Virus record (IMG/VR): IMGVR_UViG_3300046703_000335
Location: 124,001 to 188,000 of that record
Direction: 5' to 3' (one strand)
Length of the DNA: 64,000 nt
Shown in pieces: positions 30,167 to 38,694 of this stretch (positions are counted from its first letter, which is position 1; each line of letters opens with the position of its first letter). A program made the position numbers and the translations under genes. Under the pieces are notes generated by a model, which saw only the letters and a list, made by a program, of their open reading frames with translations, searched no databases and was not told where the DNA came from.

Positions 30167-31177
30167 TTAATCATTCATTGCAGCTATAAGAAGTCCTTTT
30201 GCTACATCTCCAAGAGGATCACTAGCCATTCTTATTTCAGATATGCTAATAGGAAAATTATCACGTTCTTTTTCGAACTCTTGTTTGAAAAATTCAAGGA
30301 AATTTTTGGCTTTAGCAGTACCACCACTAATAATCCATGGGATCTGGTCAGGAAGTTCAATCTTTCCATTATCCTTTTTGAACTCTCTCTTTATGCTATC
30401 TACCACATAATGTATAAGATTCTTATAATAAACCACAATGGCTTCTCTTTCCCTAAGTTGTTTTGGATCACCTTCATTAGGATCAAGAAGATTTACACCT
30501 TTTTCCTTTATCGACATCAGACGTGTAGCAGTACTACCTACAGCTTTAGCTGCAGATTGATCAACCCAGTCACCACTACGTGAAACTGAAAATGACATAC
30601 CCACCATGGTCTGGAAAACCAAAGCTGTATTTACCATACCTGCACCAAAAGATGAAGCAAGAGCTGTAAAACCATCAGAACTTCCATTTGCATAAACAAT
30701 TGCAGCTGCTTCATTCATAGCAGTAGCTTTATAACCAAAAGACTCTATAATCTTTTGGAACATTGCTTGATGATAGATAATGTCCATATCTTTATCTATA
30801 GACTTCGCTGGTACAGAAAAGAATACTGACTCATTCTCAACTTTAGGAGAACTAAGAATATTTTTTAAAAGTATTACTAACATCCTCTCAGCATCATGTT
30901 CTCCAGAGGATATAACTCCCTGATTTAAAGGTCTTCTAGCTTCTCTTTTAAGAAGATTAGATACACTTAATGCAGGTTCTCCTACTATGTAAATAAAATC
31001 TTTTTCCTGCACGTAAGAAACATTTGACATCTTAAGCATATTCAAAATAGACTGGTCTGCTTCTACATCCAAAAATGCGTCCCGGATAGATTTTAGTTCT
31101 ACAGGTGCATTTTCATTTTTAATATCTTTTGTAGCACTTACCAAAAAACATGTCCCTATGTCAAGTCCAACTGCCAT
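30167..31177 (-). CDS. Actin-like (FtsA/MreB/ParM superfamily) ATPase
   Basis: Phosphate-1 GLDIGT, connect NEAAAIVY, phosphate-2 SFGAGMVN, adenosine ISGGTAK, terminal VAKG. Confidence 0.85.
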   Translation of the reverse strand: MAVGLDIGTCFLVSATKDIKNENAPVELKSIRDAFLDVEADQSILNMLKMSNVSYVQEKDFIYIVGEPALSVSNLLKREARRPLNQGVISSGEHDAERMLVILLKNILSSPKVENESVFFSVPAKSIDKDMDIIYHQAMFQKIIESFGYKATAMNEAAAIVYANGSSDGFTALASSFGAGMVNTALVFQTMVGMSFSVSRSGDWVDQSAAKAVGSTATRLMSIKEKGVNLLDPNEGDPKQLREREAIVVYYKNLIHYVVDSIKREFKKDNGKIELPDQIPWIISGGTAKAKNFLEFFKQEFEKERDNFPISISEIRMASDPLGDVAKGLLIAAMND

Positions 31178-31191
31178 AAAAACCTCCTAAA

Positions 31192-31872
31192 TTATATTGA
31201 TTTAGATTTCAACTCTTTAAGTTTTTTCAATGAATCAGACACGCTATCTCCAGAATCAATTGTCCGTACTTCTAACTTTATGTGTGAATTAGCATCTTCT
31301 ACCCGAATATTAGGGATATAAACATCTTCTACCCGTCGACTATCTCCTTGTATAGATGCTGAATTCACACCAGATCGACTAATAATACCTTCAAGTTTTT
31401 CAAGTATACCATCACTTTTATTACTCTGCATCCGTACTTCTATACTCTTTAAAGCATCTTGTATAACCGATAAATCAATAGAAGTAGGATTTTTTTCTAA
31501 TTTCTCAAGTCTATCTAATATAATAGCCAAAGCATCATTATTCTGCGTTGAAGGAAGAGAAAGATTAGATTGATTTTTAACTGTTGCTTCTAAATCTTTA
31601 ATCTTATCTAATAAGACTTCTATTTCTGGAGATGAGACTGATTCAGAAGATTTAATCTCAGAGGATATAATAGGTGTTTGAATATCAAAAGAACCTGTGG
31701 TATCTTCAGACTTTTTGAGAACTATAAGAATCTTACGTTCGATTGCGCGTTTTAAATCAACAGAACTTTCATATTGAGCATCAGTATAAACTTTCTGCTG
31801 CTTATAATACACACAATCGTTAAGATCTTTAAGTTCTACCTTCTTTGGGGAATTTCCAATGATATAGAACAT
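31192..31872 (-). CDS. Hypothetical coiled-coil protein co-transcribed with the actin-like ATPase
   Basis: 226 aa, heptad-rich central region, ends 14 nt upstream of the actin gene. Confidence 0.55.
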   Translation of the reverse strand: MFYIIGNSPKKVELKDLNDCVYYKQQKVYTDAQYESSVDLKRAIERKILIVLKKSEDTTGSFDIQTPIISSEIKSSESVSSPEIEVLLDKIKDLEATVKNQSNLSLPSTQNNDALAIILDRLEKLEKNPTSIDLSVIQDALKSIEVRMQSNKSDGILEKLEGIISRSGVNSASIQGDSRRVEDVYIPNIRVEDANSHIKLEVRTIDSGDSVSDSLKKLKELKSKSI

Positions 31873-31917
31873 ATTTTTTATTTTATATAAATTTTATGAA
31901 ATTAAAATATCCAGCTA

Positions 31918-32817
31918 TTAAATGGAATATTTTACAACCGATTTCCAGAAATCATCTTGAGCTTCTTTTGGAATTTTTTCAAATTTAGGAACATTTTTTT
32001 TCGGGATTTCTACGCCTTTTTCATCTATTGGTTCTTCTTCCTCAGAGGTTCCCTCTTCTATAGATTCACCATCTATTACAGGCTCATCCTCAGGGACTGT
32101 CTCTTCTACGACTGGCTCACCTTCAACAGCACCTTGATCCTCAGGTATTTCTTCATCCTTTGGAGCTACACCATCCTCAGGAGTTTCATCTCCCATTGGA
32201 GTTTCAGCTATTTCAGGTGTCTCATCCTTATCCGAAGTTGCATCACCTTCAGGTTTCTGTTCTTCATCAGGAGTTCCATCATAATCTGATATTTCAGGTG
32301 TTTCATCAGTTTTATCTTCATCAGAAGTTTCTTCATTTTCAGAAGTTTCAGAAACATCTTTATCTTCTTCAGGGTTCACTGCAGTCATGGGAAGAGTGCC
32401 ATCAATAACAGGGGGTTCATCAGTTTTAGGTTCGACTACATCAGAAGTCTCATCCCCCTTATCAGTTCCCTGATCATCAACAGGTTCGAATATATCCGCA
32501 CCAGTATCTTCTGTATCATCAGACTCTACATAGTATTTTTCACTTGAGTCTGTAGGAACATAAGACATTTTACCACCACAAGCCAGACATGTTACGGCAT
32601 CATTCACTGTAACATTAGCGATACGTTTAACACTATGATTTTTACCAGCAATCTTACGCTTTTTATTAATATCAAGTAATGACGATGTATGATTACATCC
32701 ATCACAAACAAAGAATGTATTATCCGCAGCTTCCTTCTCAAGATCATCAGCGATCTTAAGTAATCTTTCAGCGGCAAGTTTCATATTCGATCCCATGAAA
32801 AGACTCCTTTGAGGCAA
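31918..32817 (-). CDS. Zinc-ribbon plus acidic disordered protein, probable internal head protein
   Basis: CDGCNH and CLACGG pairs, long D/E/P-rich tail, N-terminal RLLKIADDLEKEAA helix. True start may be a downstream Met. Confidence 0.55.
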   Translation of the reverse strand: MPQRSLFMGSNMKLAAERLLKIADDLEKEAADNTFFVCDGCNHTSSLLDINKKRKIAGKNHSVKRIANVTVNDAVTCLACGGKMSYVPTDSSEKYYVESDDTEDTGADIFEPVDDQGTDKGDETSDVVEPKTDEPPVIDGTLPMTAVNPEEDKDVSETSENEETSDEDKTDETPEISDYDGTPDEEQKPEGDATSDKDETPEIAETPMGDETPEDGVAPKDEEIPEDQGAVEGEPVVEETVPEDEPVIDGESIEEGTSEEEEPIDEKGVEIPKKNVPKFEKIPKEAQDDFWKSVVKYSI

Positions 32818-32844
32818 AAGAACTTCTGATAGATTTATATATAA

Positions 32845-32860
32845 AATTAAGAGATTATTA
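32845..32860 (-). promoter_or_regulatory. Putative late promoter motif
   Basis: Minus strand TAATAATCTCTTAATT. Confidence 0.55.
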
Positions 32861-32915
32861 TAACAAAAGATTTCTTATAGAATAAAATTCTTAAAAGGAA
32901 CTAAAAATAAAAAGT

Positions 32916-34295
32916 TCAAAAAACAATATTCTCAAATGTTACTGTTCTCCCCTGTAAAGTATATTGACCTGGTATCCCTGGCTTGTTAGGGATAGTAGGA
33001 CTTGCATCTGTAGGTCTATCTGTACGATAAGCATTCCACGCTGCGGGGACAATCAATCCTCCATTTATAGGTACCTGATACCTGATATCTCTCCGATCAA
33101 GGGGCGCTAACATAAAATGCTGCTGATATATAGCTCCACGAGATCCTTGTGGATTCACATGAGCTATGGACATCCTATCATTATTCTGTCTTACGATAAA
33201 ATCACGATCATTAAGAAGAGGATAAGGACCAGTCCAGGTTTGCCAATCGTAAGATATATGTAAACCCATATCCATAAGTTGGACAGTCTTTTCTGTTTCT
33301 GGGGGAGCTATAATTATATCATAAGGCCCTTCATACCCCCCAATATAACCTGTACCTAGGCATAAGGTATGATCACTTTGAGGAGTACGATATTGCTCAT
33401 TCCAACAAGGGCAACGCTCTCCAGCCCATTTCCTAATGAATAACTTTACACGTTCTCCAGCCTGCTCTAATATCCATCTGTTTCGTCGAATACTTTCAGC
33501 CCAAATCCAATCAATCTTTTCCATATCATAAAGATTAATAGCGCCTACTTCAGTTAAGGGGGTCTCTTTCATTTCGTCATTAGACCCATCGATAGCAACT
33601 GTAGTACATTTATAATAAATTTTTCTATTAGCATCCAACTGAATGTTATTATTGATATAGGTATAGGATACCCTTATCTCACCACCACTACTAAGAATGG
33701 GTAATACAGGAGGATCTAATCTATTAAACTGATTATTGTATGTTTGTTTATTTATTAAAAAGATTTCACCGGTTTCGCCTCTTACCTTAAATGCAGGAAC
33801 TGTTTGAAATGCATCCAAGGAAGTGGGCCTAATCTCAACCTTAACATGCTTAGGATGATTCGCCAATTCTCCATTTGTTCCGACAATTACTAATGGTTTA
33901 TTATAGGTATGAACAATCCAATCACCATTTGCATTAGTACCTGCTATAAGTCTTCCACCAGCTACAGGATCTTCCTGATTAGCCCAAACTTCCCGGGTTT
34001 CATCCCTATAATACAAAGCCCCTATAGGTACATCATTTAACTTAATATAGGGTCCTTCAGGAGTATCATATGATCGATAGACATTTATACCAAGAACATT
34101 ATACCCATTATGCTCAGAATATTCTGCAGTAGAATCCCATCGGATGTCTATCGCTCCTATAAGATAAGGGCTGGTAGCATGTACATTCTTAGGTCCGAGA
34201 GGTATAGAAAGAGGCTTATCCGTATTCCATCGATAAGGAAGTTTAAAATCTGGTCTTCCATAATTATCCATAAAATTATGAGGAGATGTTGTCAT
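32916..34295 (-). CDS. Neck/head-closure-like protein with FN3-like N-terminus
   Basis: GINVYRS...PEGPYIKLN (FN3-like) and LEQAGERVKLFIRKWAGERCPC...CLGTGYIGGY. Confidence 0.55.
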   Translation of the reverse strand: MTTSPHNFMDNYGRPDFKLPYRWNTDKPLSIPLGPKNVHATSPYLIGAIDIRWDSTAEYSEHNGYNVLGINVYRSYDTPEGPYIKLNDVPIGALYYRDETREVWANQEDPVAGGRLIAGTNANGDWIVHTYNKPLVIVGTNGELANHPKHVKVEIRPTSLDAFQTVPAFKVRGETGEIFLINKQTYNNQFNRLDPPVLPILSSGGEIRVSYTYINNNIQLDANRKIYYKCTTVAIDGSNDEMKETPLTEVGAINLYDMEKIDWIWAESIRRNRWILEQAGERVKLFIRKWAGERCPCWNEQYRTPQSDHTLCLGTGYIGGYEGPYDIIIAPPETEKTVQLMDMGLHISYDWQTWTGPYPLLNDRDFIVRQNNDRMSIAHVNPQGSRGAIYQQHFMLAPLDRRDIRYQVPINGGLIVPAAWNAYRTDRPTDASPTIPNKPGIPGQYTLQGRTVTFENIVF

Positions 34296-34306
34296 ACAAT
34301 ATATCC

Positions 34307-36724
34307 TTATCCCTGTATTCCAGTAGAACCCATTATCGCAAAAAGTTTTTTCAGAGTCACAGTACTACTTATACCCGTAGCCCCTATAATAGCACTTGAA
34401 AAAGCACTTAAATTCGAAATAGTATCATCACCAGATCCTGAGTTAGTAAATCTCAGTACCCAATTTGTAAATGATCCTGAAACAAAATTATTAGTATAAG
34501 AACCATGAACATATTTACCATCAATAGATATTACAAATTTATTACCATTAAATATAAATCGGACTTTAAGATCTGAAAATATCTCATCAGGTGTATGCGG
34601 ATCAGATATACTATAATTTATCTCATATGTATTTATGCCTGTCACATACCCATAAGTTATAACTGATAAAGATCTGTTTATCTTTATGTATGCACTATTA
34701 TCATTATTATTTATTTTTACCATTAAGTTATCTGATTTCACAGTAACAAATAGTTTTATATCTACATCTGTATTAAAACTAAATCCCCCCATTATATTCG
34801 AAGGGGATGTCAATGTTAGATTATTCATATCATAACTATAAGTTCCTACCCCTGTCCAAGACCCATCTCTAGCATTACTATAAAAAATACCACTCAGACC
34901 GATTTCATTAAATCTTTCTATACCTATAAGATTTATGCCTGTTACACCATGAAAAGAAGGGTAGTAACCTGGCTCCACAAGGATATATGGACTGCCATTC
35001 TGGAGTGCTCTATCAATAGTTCGGTAGGGGGATTCAAAAGTCCCAGTCCATAAATCATTACCATCCGGAGATGCATATATTAACCCTGTCTCAAAAGAAG
35101 GATGTGATGGATATATAATGACCACATCATTTCTTGTCCTATTACCTATAATCAAATTGCTATCACTCAGAGTCATTTCTTTACTTCTAAACCTACTATA
35201 ACTTGATCCAGTAGTATAAAAAGTATAAAGACCTGTTTCTCCATTTTGTGATGGGACAACATTTGTAGCTATATGTAAATCATTGACACCTGATCTCTGA
35301 TACCCTCTATCTGGAGTAGCATAAGGACCCGTTTCAGTACCCGGATAATCCTTATCGTACCCATATTCAGCGACATAATTTCCCAAAGCTGTTTCATTAT
35401 AATTAAACTCAAAAGCCCCTATATCTCCTGTAACACCCTGTATCCCTGTGGCACCTCTATGGAATAAGTCAAAATCTATATCACGATCAAATGGAGATAC
35501 ATTATCTCTGATACCTGTATAAGATGCAGTATAGTACCATCCCCCATCAATATTAACTTTCTTTACCCCTATCTCTCCATAGATATTATTCCACCTATCA
35601 AAATCTCCTCTATCGATATTTGGGGAAGAAAGCTGCAGTCTAAAATCCTCATTAAAAGGATCTCTATACATAGCAGTCTCACCGATATTATTCATACCAG
35701 TACTCCCAGTAGGAACAGATCCCCCCCACCATACGAGCACATCATCGAAATTATTATTTAAAATCTTTACAGGAGTATTGAAATAAACTCCAGTAGATAT
35801 CGGAGTACCTGCACTCGATATGCTATTAGAATCTACTCTACTATTCTCATCCCCGATATTACTAAGACTTATAGCCATACCAGGATCAATATCCCCTGCT
35901 TCTGAATACATTACCCTAACTATATCACCTATAGCAAGTTCTTGTGATAGTTGAAGACCACTCCATGAAACTATAGATCCTAAAGATATAACTGTAAAAT
36001 CCGTACCATAATTAAATGATGGTCCATTTACGATATTTACAGCAACGTCATATTCTCCATTATTTGTCGGTGAAGCAAAACCTGGGAGTTGTATTCTATT
36101 ATGGCTGATATCAAAAGCATTAATAGTCTTATATATTACTCTAAGATTGGTATCAGGAAACAAAATCGGGGGTAAATCTAAAGCCCCATAAATAGTATTT
36201 CCCCACAGATCTAATCTATCAACAGTAACTATGTCTATAGATTTTCGACCATTAGAAAAAACATTAGAATTTACACAGATTTCTTTTGCAGAATTAATTT
36301 TTATAGCTGATTGATGCTCATAGAAATAATTTCTATTAATTGAAATGTAATTTACGGAGTCTATATTTATTGCAATATCTACACTATTAAATCTACACCC
36401 ACGAACTATTGTTGAACCGACACTTAGATTATTTGCAGTTATTCCTGTGGAAATATTTTTAAATGTTAATCCTTCAATAAGACCCTGCATGTTTAATAGA
36501 GTTAAACTTCCCACTACTGGTGTAGCACCATATGCAGATTTAATTGTCAAATTTTTAGTAACAGTAAGATTTCCATAAGATACCCCATTACCGCTCTGAA
36601 GGACAATAACACCACCCTCATATACTTGTGTCAAAGCATAAGGAAGTGTCTTCACCGGAGAAAGAAGTTCTCCGGTGTTTGTATCCAAGCCATATAAAGA
36701 ATCAACGTATACGGTATAAAGCAT
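34307..36724 (-). CDS. Right-handed beta-helix (pectin-lyase-like) virion appendage protein
   Basis: DUF1565-like starts (VYVDS..G.D.N.G...SP.KT; YASPDGNDLWTGTFESPYRTI), beta-helix coils, DFRLQLSSPNIDRG...DIGAFEF. Confidence 0.75.
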   Translation of the reverse strand: MLYTVYVDSLYGLDTNTGELLSPVKTLPYALTQVYEGGVIVLQSGNGVSYGNLTVTKNLTIKSAYGATPVVGSLTLLNMQGLIEGLTFKNISTGITANNLSVGSTIVRGCRFNSVDIAINIDSVNYISINRNYFYEHQSAIKINSAKEICVNSNVFSNGRKSIDIVTVDRLDLWGNTIYGALDLPPILFPDTNLRVIYKTINAFDISHNRIQLPGFASPTNNGEYDVAVNIVNGPSFNYGTDFTVISLGSIVSWSGLQLSQELAIGDIVRVMYSEAGDIDPGMAISLSNIGDENSRVDSNSISSAGTPISTGVYFNTPVKILNNNFDDVLVWWGGSVPTGSTGMNNIGETAMYRDPFNEDFRLQLSSPNIDRGDFDRWNNIYGEIGVKKVNIDGGWYYTASYTGIRDNVSPFDRDIDFDLFHRGATGIQGVTGDIGAFEFNYNETALGNYVAEYGYDKDYPGTETGPYATPDRGYQRSGVNDLHIATNVVPSQNGETGLYTFYTTGSSYSRFRSKEMTLSDSNLIIGNRTRNDVVIIYPSHPSFETGLIYASPDGNDLWTGTFESPYRTIDRALQNGSPYILVEPGYYPSFHGVTGINLIGIERFNEIGLSGIFYSNARDGSWTGVGTYSYDMNNLTLTSPSNIMGGFSFNTDVDIKLFVTVKSDNLMVKINNNDNSAYIKINRSLSVITYGYVTGINTYEINYSISDPHTPDEIFSDLKVRFIFNGNKFVISIDGKYVHGSYTNNFVSGSFTNWVLRFTNSGSGDDTISNLSAFSSAIIGATGISSTVTLKKLFAIMGSTGIQG

Positions 36725-36742
36725 AACTATTCATTTCTATTA

Positions 36743-37075
36743 TTAATTTGTGTATAGCCAGCTTGGTTTGGAAGATATGCTAAAAGTACCCCCGCCACCA
36801 CCTCTCACAGTTGTAACCGGTTTACTCTCTGCTGAGCCATCCGCAAGATTCACTCCTGAACTGTTATCTACTCTGTCTCCAAGAGGATTACCAAACTTTG
36901 TGTCAGGAGACACACCACCACCAGTAGAATTACTTATAGGAATGTTTTGAAACAATTCCGGAGGTATGACACCACCACTTAGTACTTCTCCATCATTAGA
37001 GGAATAGGAAGCAAAATTCCCATTAATAATTACAATATTCTTATCTGTATAATTCTGCACTATTACTTTGTTCAT
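36743..37075 (-). CDS. Hypothetical G/S-rich protein
   Basis: 110 aa, in operon orientation with AAGGGG RBS. Confidence 0.55.
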   Translation of the reverse strand: MNKVIVQNYTDKNIVIINGNFASYSSNDGEVLSGGVIPPELFQNIPISNSTGGGVSPDTKFGNPLGDRVDNSSGVNLADGSAESKPVTTVRGGGGGTFSISSKPSWLYTN

Positions 37076-37126
37076 ACTAATACCCCTTTATGTGTTTATA
37101 CAACTACCTGTATTAATCAACTTAAT

Positions 37127-37651
37127 TTAAAAATTTGGTATAACTAAACTTGGATCATTCATATCTCTCTGTATCTGCCAATAGGTAGGATCTAAACCAG
37201 TTATTATATTTGATAATTTTTTTAGCTCTTCTAAATTTTCTTTAAAAGCTACAGACATAATTACCGTCTCACATCTACCCTTAACTGCATTAAATAGCTT
37301 AATGGCGCTATCGTAAACTCCCTCACCACGATATGCATCATGATATTCTTTAGTACCATCAAAGCTAATTCCTATCCTATCAACATGGTCAGCTATCTCT
37401 GGTCTATAAAAAGTTCCATTAGTAGTAACTCCTACTTTAAACCCTTTACTTTTTAGTATATCACAAATATCCGCTAAATTTGATATAGTAAAAGGTTCAC
37501 CACCAGTAATGTACACCCATTCTATTTCACCAGCTTTTGATAATATTGTTTCCAAACTTTTATCAATATCTATTATTGCGGTACTCTTTGCACAACATCC
37601 GGCGCATGATAAATTACAAGCATACGTAATTGGGAAAAGTATATGATTCAT
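37127..37651 (-). CDS. Minimal radical SAM enzyme
   Basis: CNLSCAGC (CxxxCxxC), ITGGEP, TTNGT, ISFDG...HDAYRG. No SPASM/twitch extension. Confidence 0.9.
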   Translation of the reverse strand: MNHILFPITYACNLSCAGCCAKSTAIIDIDKSLETILSKAGEIEWVYITGGEPFTISNLADICDILKSKGFKVGVTTNGTFYRPEIADHVDRIGISFDGTKEYHDAYRGEGVYDSAIKLFNAVKGRCETVIMSVAFKENLEELKKLSNIITGLDPTYWQIQRDMNDPSLVIPNF

Positions 37652-38224
37652 TTATACAGTCTCTATTGGTTGTTCGATCATTTTAAGCTCGTTAATCCAT
37701 TTTTGATGTAAGACCAATCCTGTAGAATATCGCCATTTATACATCGTAACAGCTTGCCAGTCTCGATAAAGATATGGAACCCATACATTACCCCCACCAA
37801 GTCGATGATGTCTTGACCAGGCTACCGAATAAGGTAACCCTACATCATCAATACCATCCTCAGAAGGGCACTCTATACCATCAATGTAATATCGCATCTC
37901 ACCATCACCAAGACATACATAGGTAAGTAAATGCCATTTCTTATCATCTAATGATATACCTGTATACTGTTCAATAGGTTTAGATTCAGAATTAGAAAAT
38001 TGTAATTTATAATCGTAGTCACCAGATCTTTTTATTTCCATTAGTATTGCCTGATCTGACAGTACTAAACCTCCCGAATCTGATACAGTCAACAAATACA
38101 CAGGGTATTCATCCGGGATCTGTATATCATAAATCCACCCCATACAAGTAAACTTATTAGCCTTCTTAATACTGGTGGGTTCTACAGTTACATATTTACT
38201 TTTTATGAGTGAGACTTCTGGCAT
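37652..38224 (-). CDS. LamG/concanavalin-A-like domain protein
   Basis: FTCMGWI...DDKKWHLLTYV...MRYYIDG LamG signature. Confidence 0.7.
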   Translation of the reverse strand: MPEVSLIKSKYVTVEPTSIKKANKFTCMGWIYDIQIPDEYPVYLLTVSDSGGLVLSDQAILMEIKRSGDYDYKLQFSNSESKPIEQYTGISLDDKKWHLLTYVCLGDGEMRYYIDGIECPSEDGIDDVGLPYSVAWSRHHRLGGGNVWVPYLYRDWQAVTMYKWRYSTGLVLHQKWINELKMIEQPIETV

Positions 38225-38250
38225 ACTAATCCTTGAATTTATATATCGAT

Positions 38251-38553
38251 TTAATAGTTATATACTGCTCTCAGGTATAAGATACCTGTTACACCATGAG
38301 AAGTGTTATTCATTACATCTTTTATATCCGAATTAGCAAGATTCAAAGCCAACATAGCTGTAGTACCCGGAACATTACTAAATGTAACTCCAAAATCGAT
38401 ACCATACCGCTGGGCAGGTCCATCAGTAGGATCTACAGCAATATCATAGGCACCATTGGGTCCAGTTGTCGGTGCTGCCCTTAACAGTATTAAGTCATTA
38501 GATAGAGGACTTACCATACCTGTCAAACCAAAATATTCAACTTCTATAGCCAT
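38251..38553 (-). CDS. Small putative virion surface protein
   Basis: 100 aa. DIAVD...GPAQRYGIDFGV resembles DVAVN...GPSFNYGTDFTV in the 805-aa protein. Carries GLTG and GVTG motifs. Confidence 0.55.
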   Translation of the reverse strand: MAIEVEYFGLTGMVSPLSNDLILLRAAPTTGPNGAYDIAVDPTDGPAQRYGIDFGVTFSNVPGTTAMLALNLANSDIKDVMNNTSHGVTGILYLRAVYNY

Positions 38554-38608
38554 GTGTATTTCACTTTATATGAACTTGTTTATGGAACGCCATTTATTAA
38601 TATTGCTT

Positions 38609-38624
38609 CATAAACAGATTATTA
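38609..38624 (-). promoter_or_regulatory. Degenerate late promoter motif
   Basis: Minus strand TAATAATCTGTTTATG, upstream of the 38553 start. Confidence 0.4.
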
Positions 38625-38633
38625 GAAAAAGTC

Positions 38634-38662
38634 TTGAAATACCCGATAATAAGTAGTATTAT
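38634..38662 (+). promoter_or_regulatory. Sigma70-type promoter for the nuclease-Mom fusion gene
   Basis: TTGAAA-17 nt-TATTAT, followed by GGAGG RBS and ATG at 38695. Confidence 0.65.
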
Positions 38663-38694
38663 TAATATTAAGACAACCATGCTATGGAGGATAT

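Noticed and set aside
37127-37651. QueE / 7-deazaguanine DNA modification pathway
   Set aside because: Lacks the QueE CxxCDT context, and no queC/queD/folE/dpdA genes are in the window.
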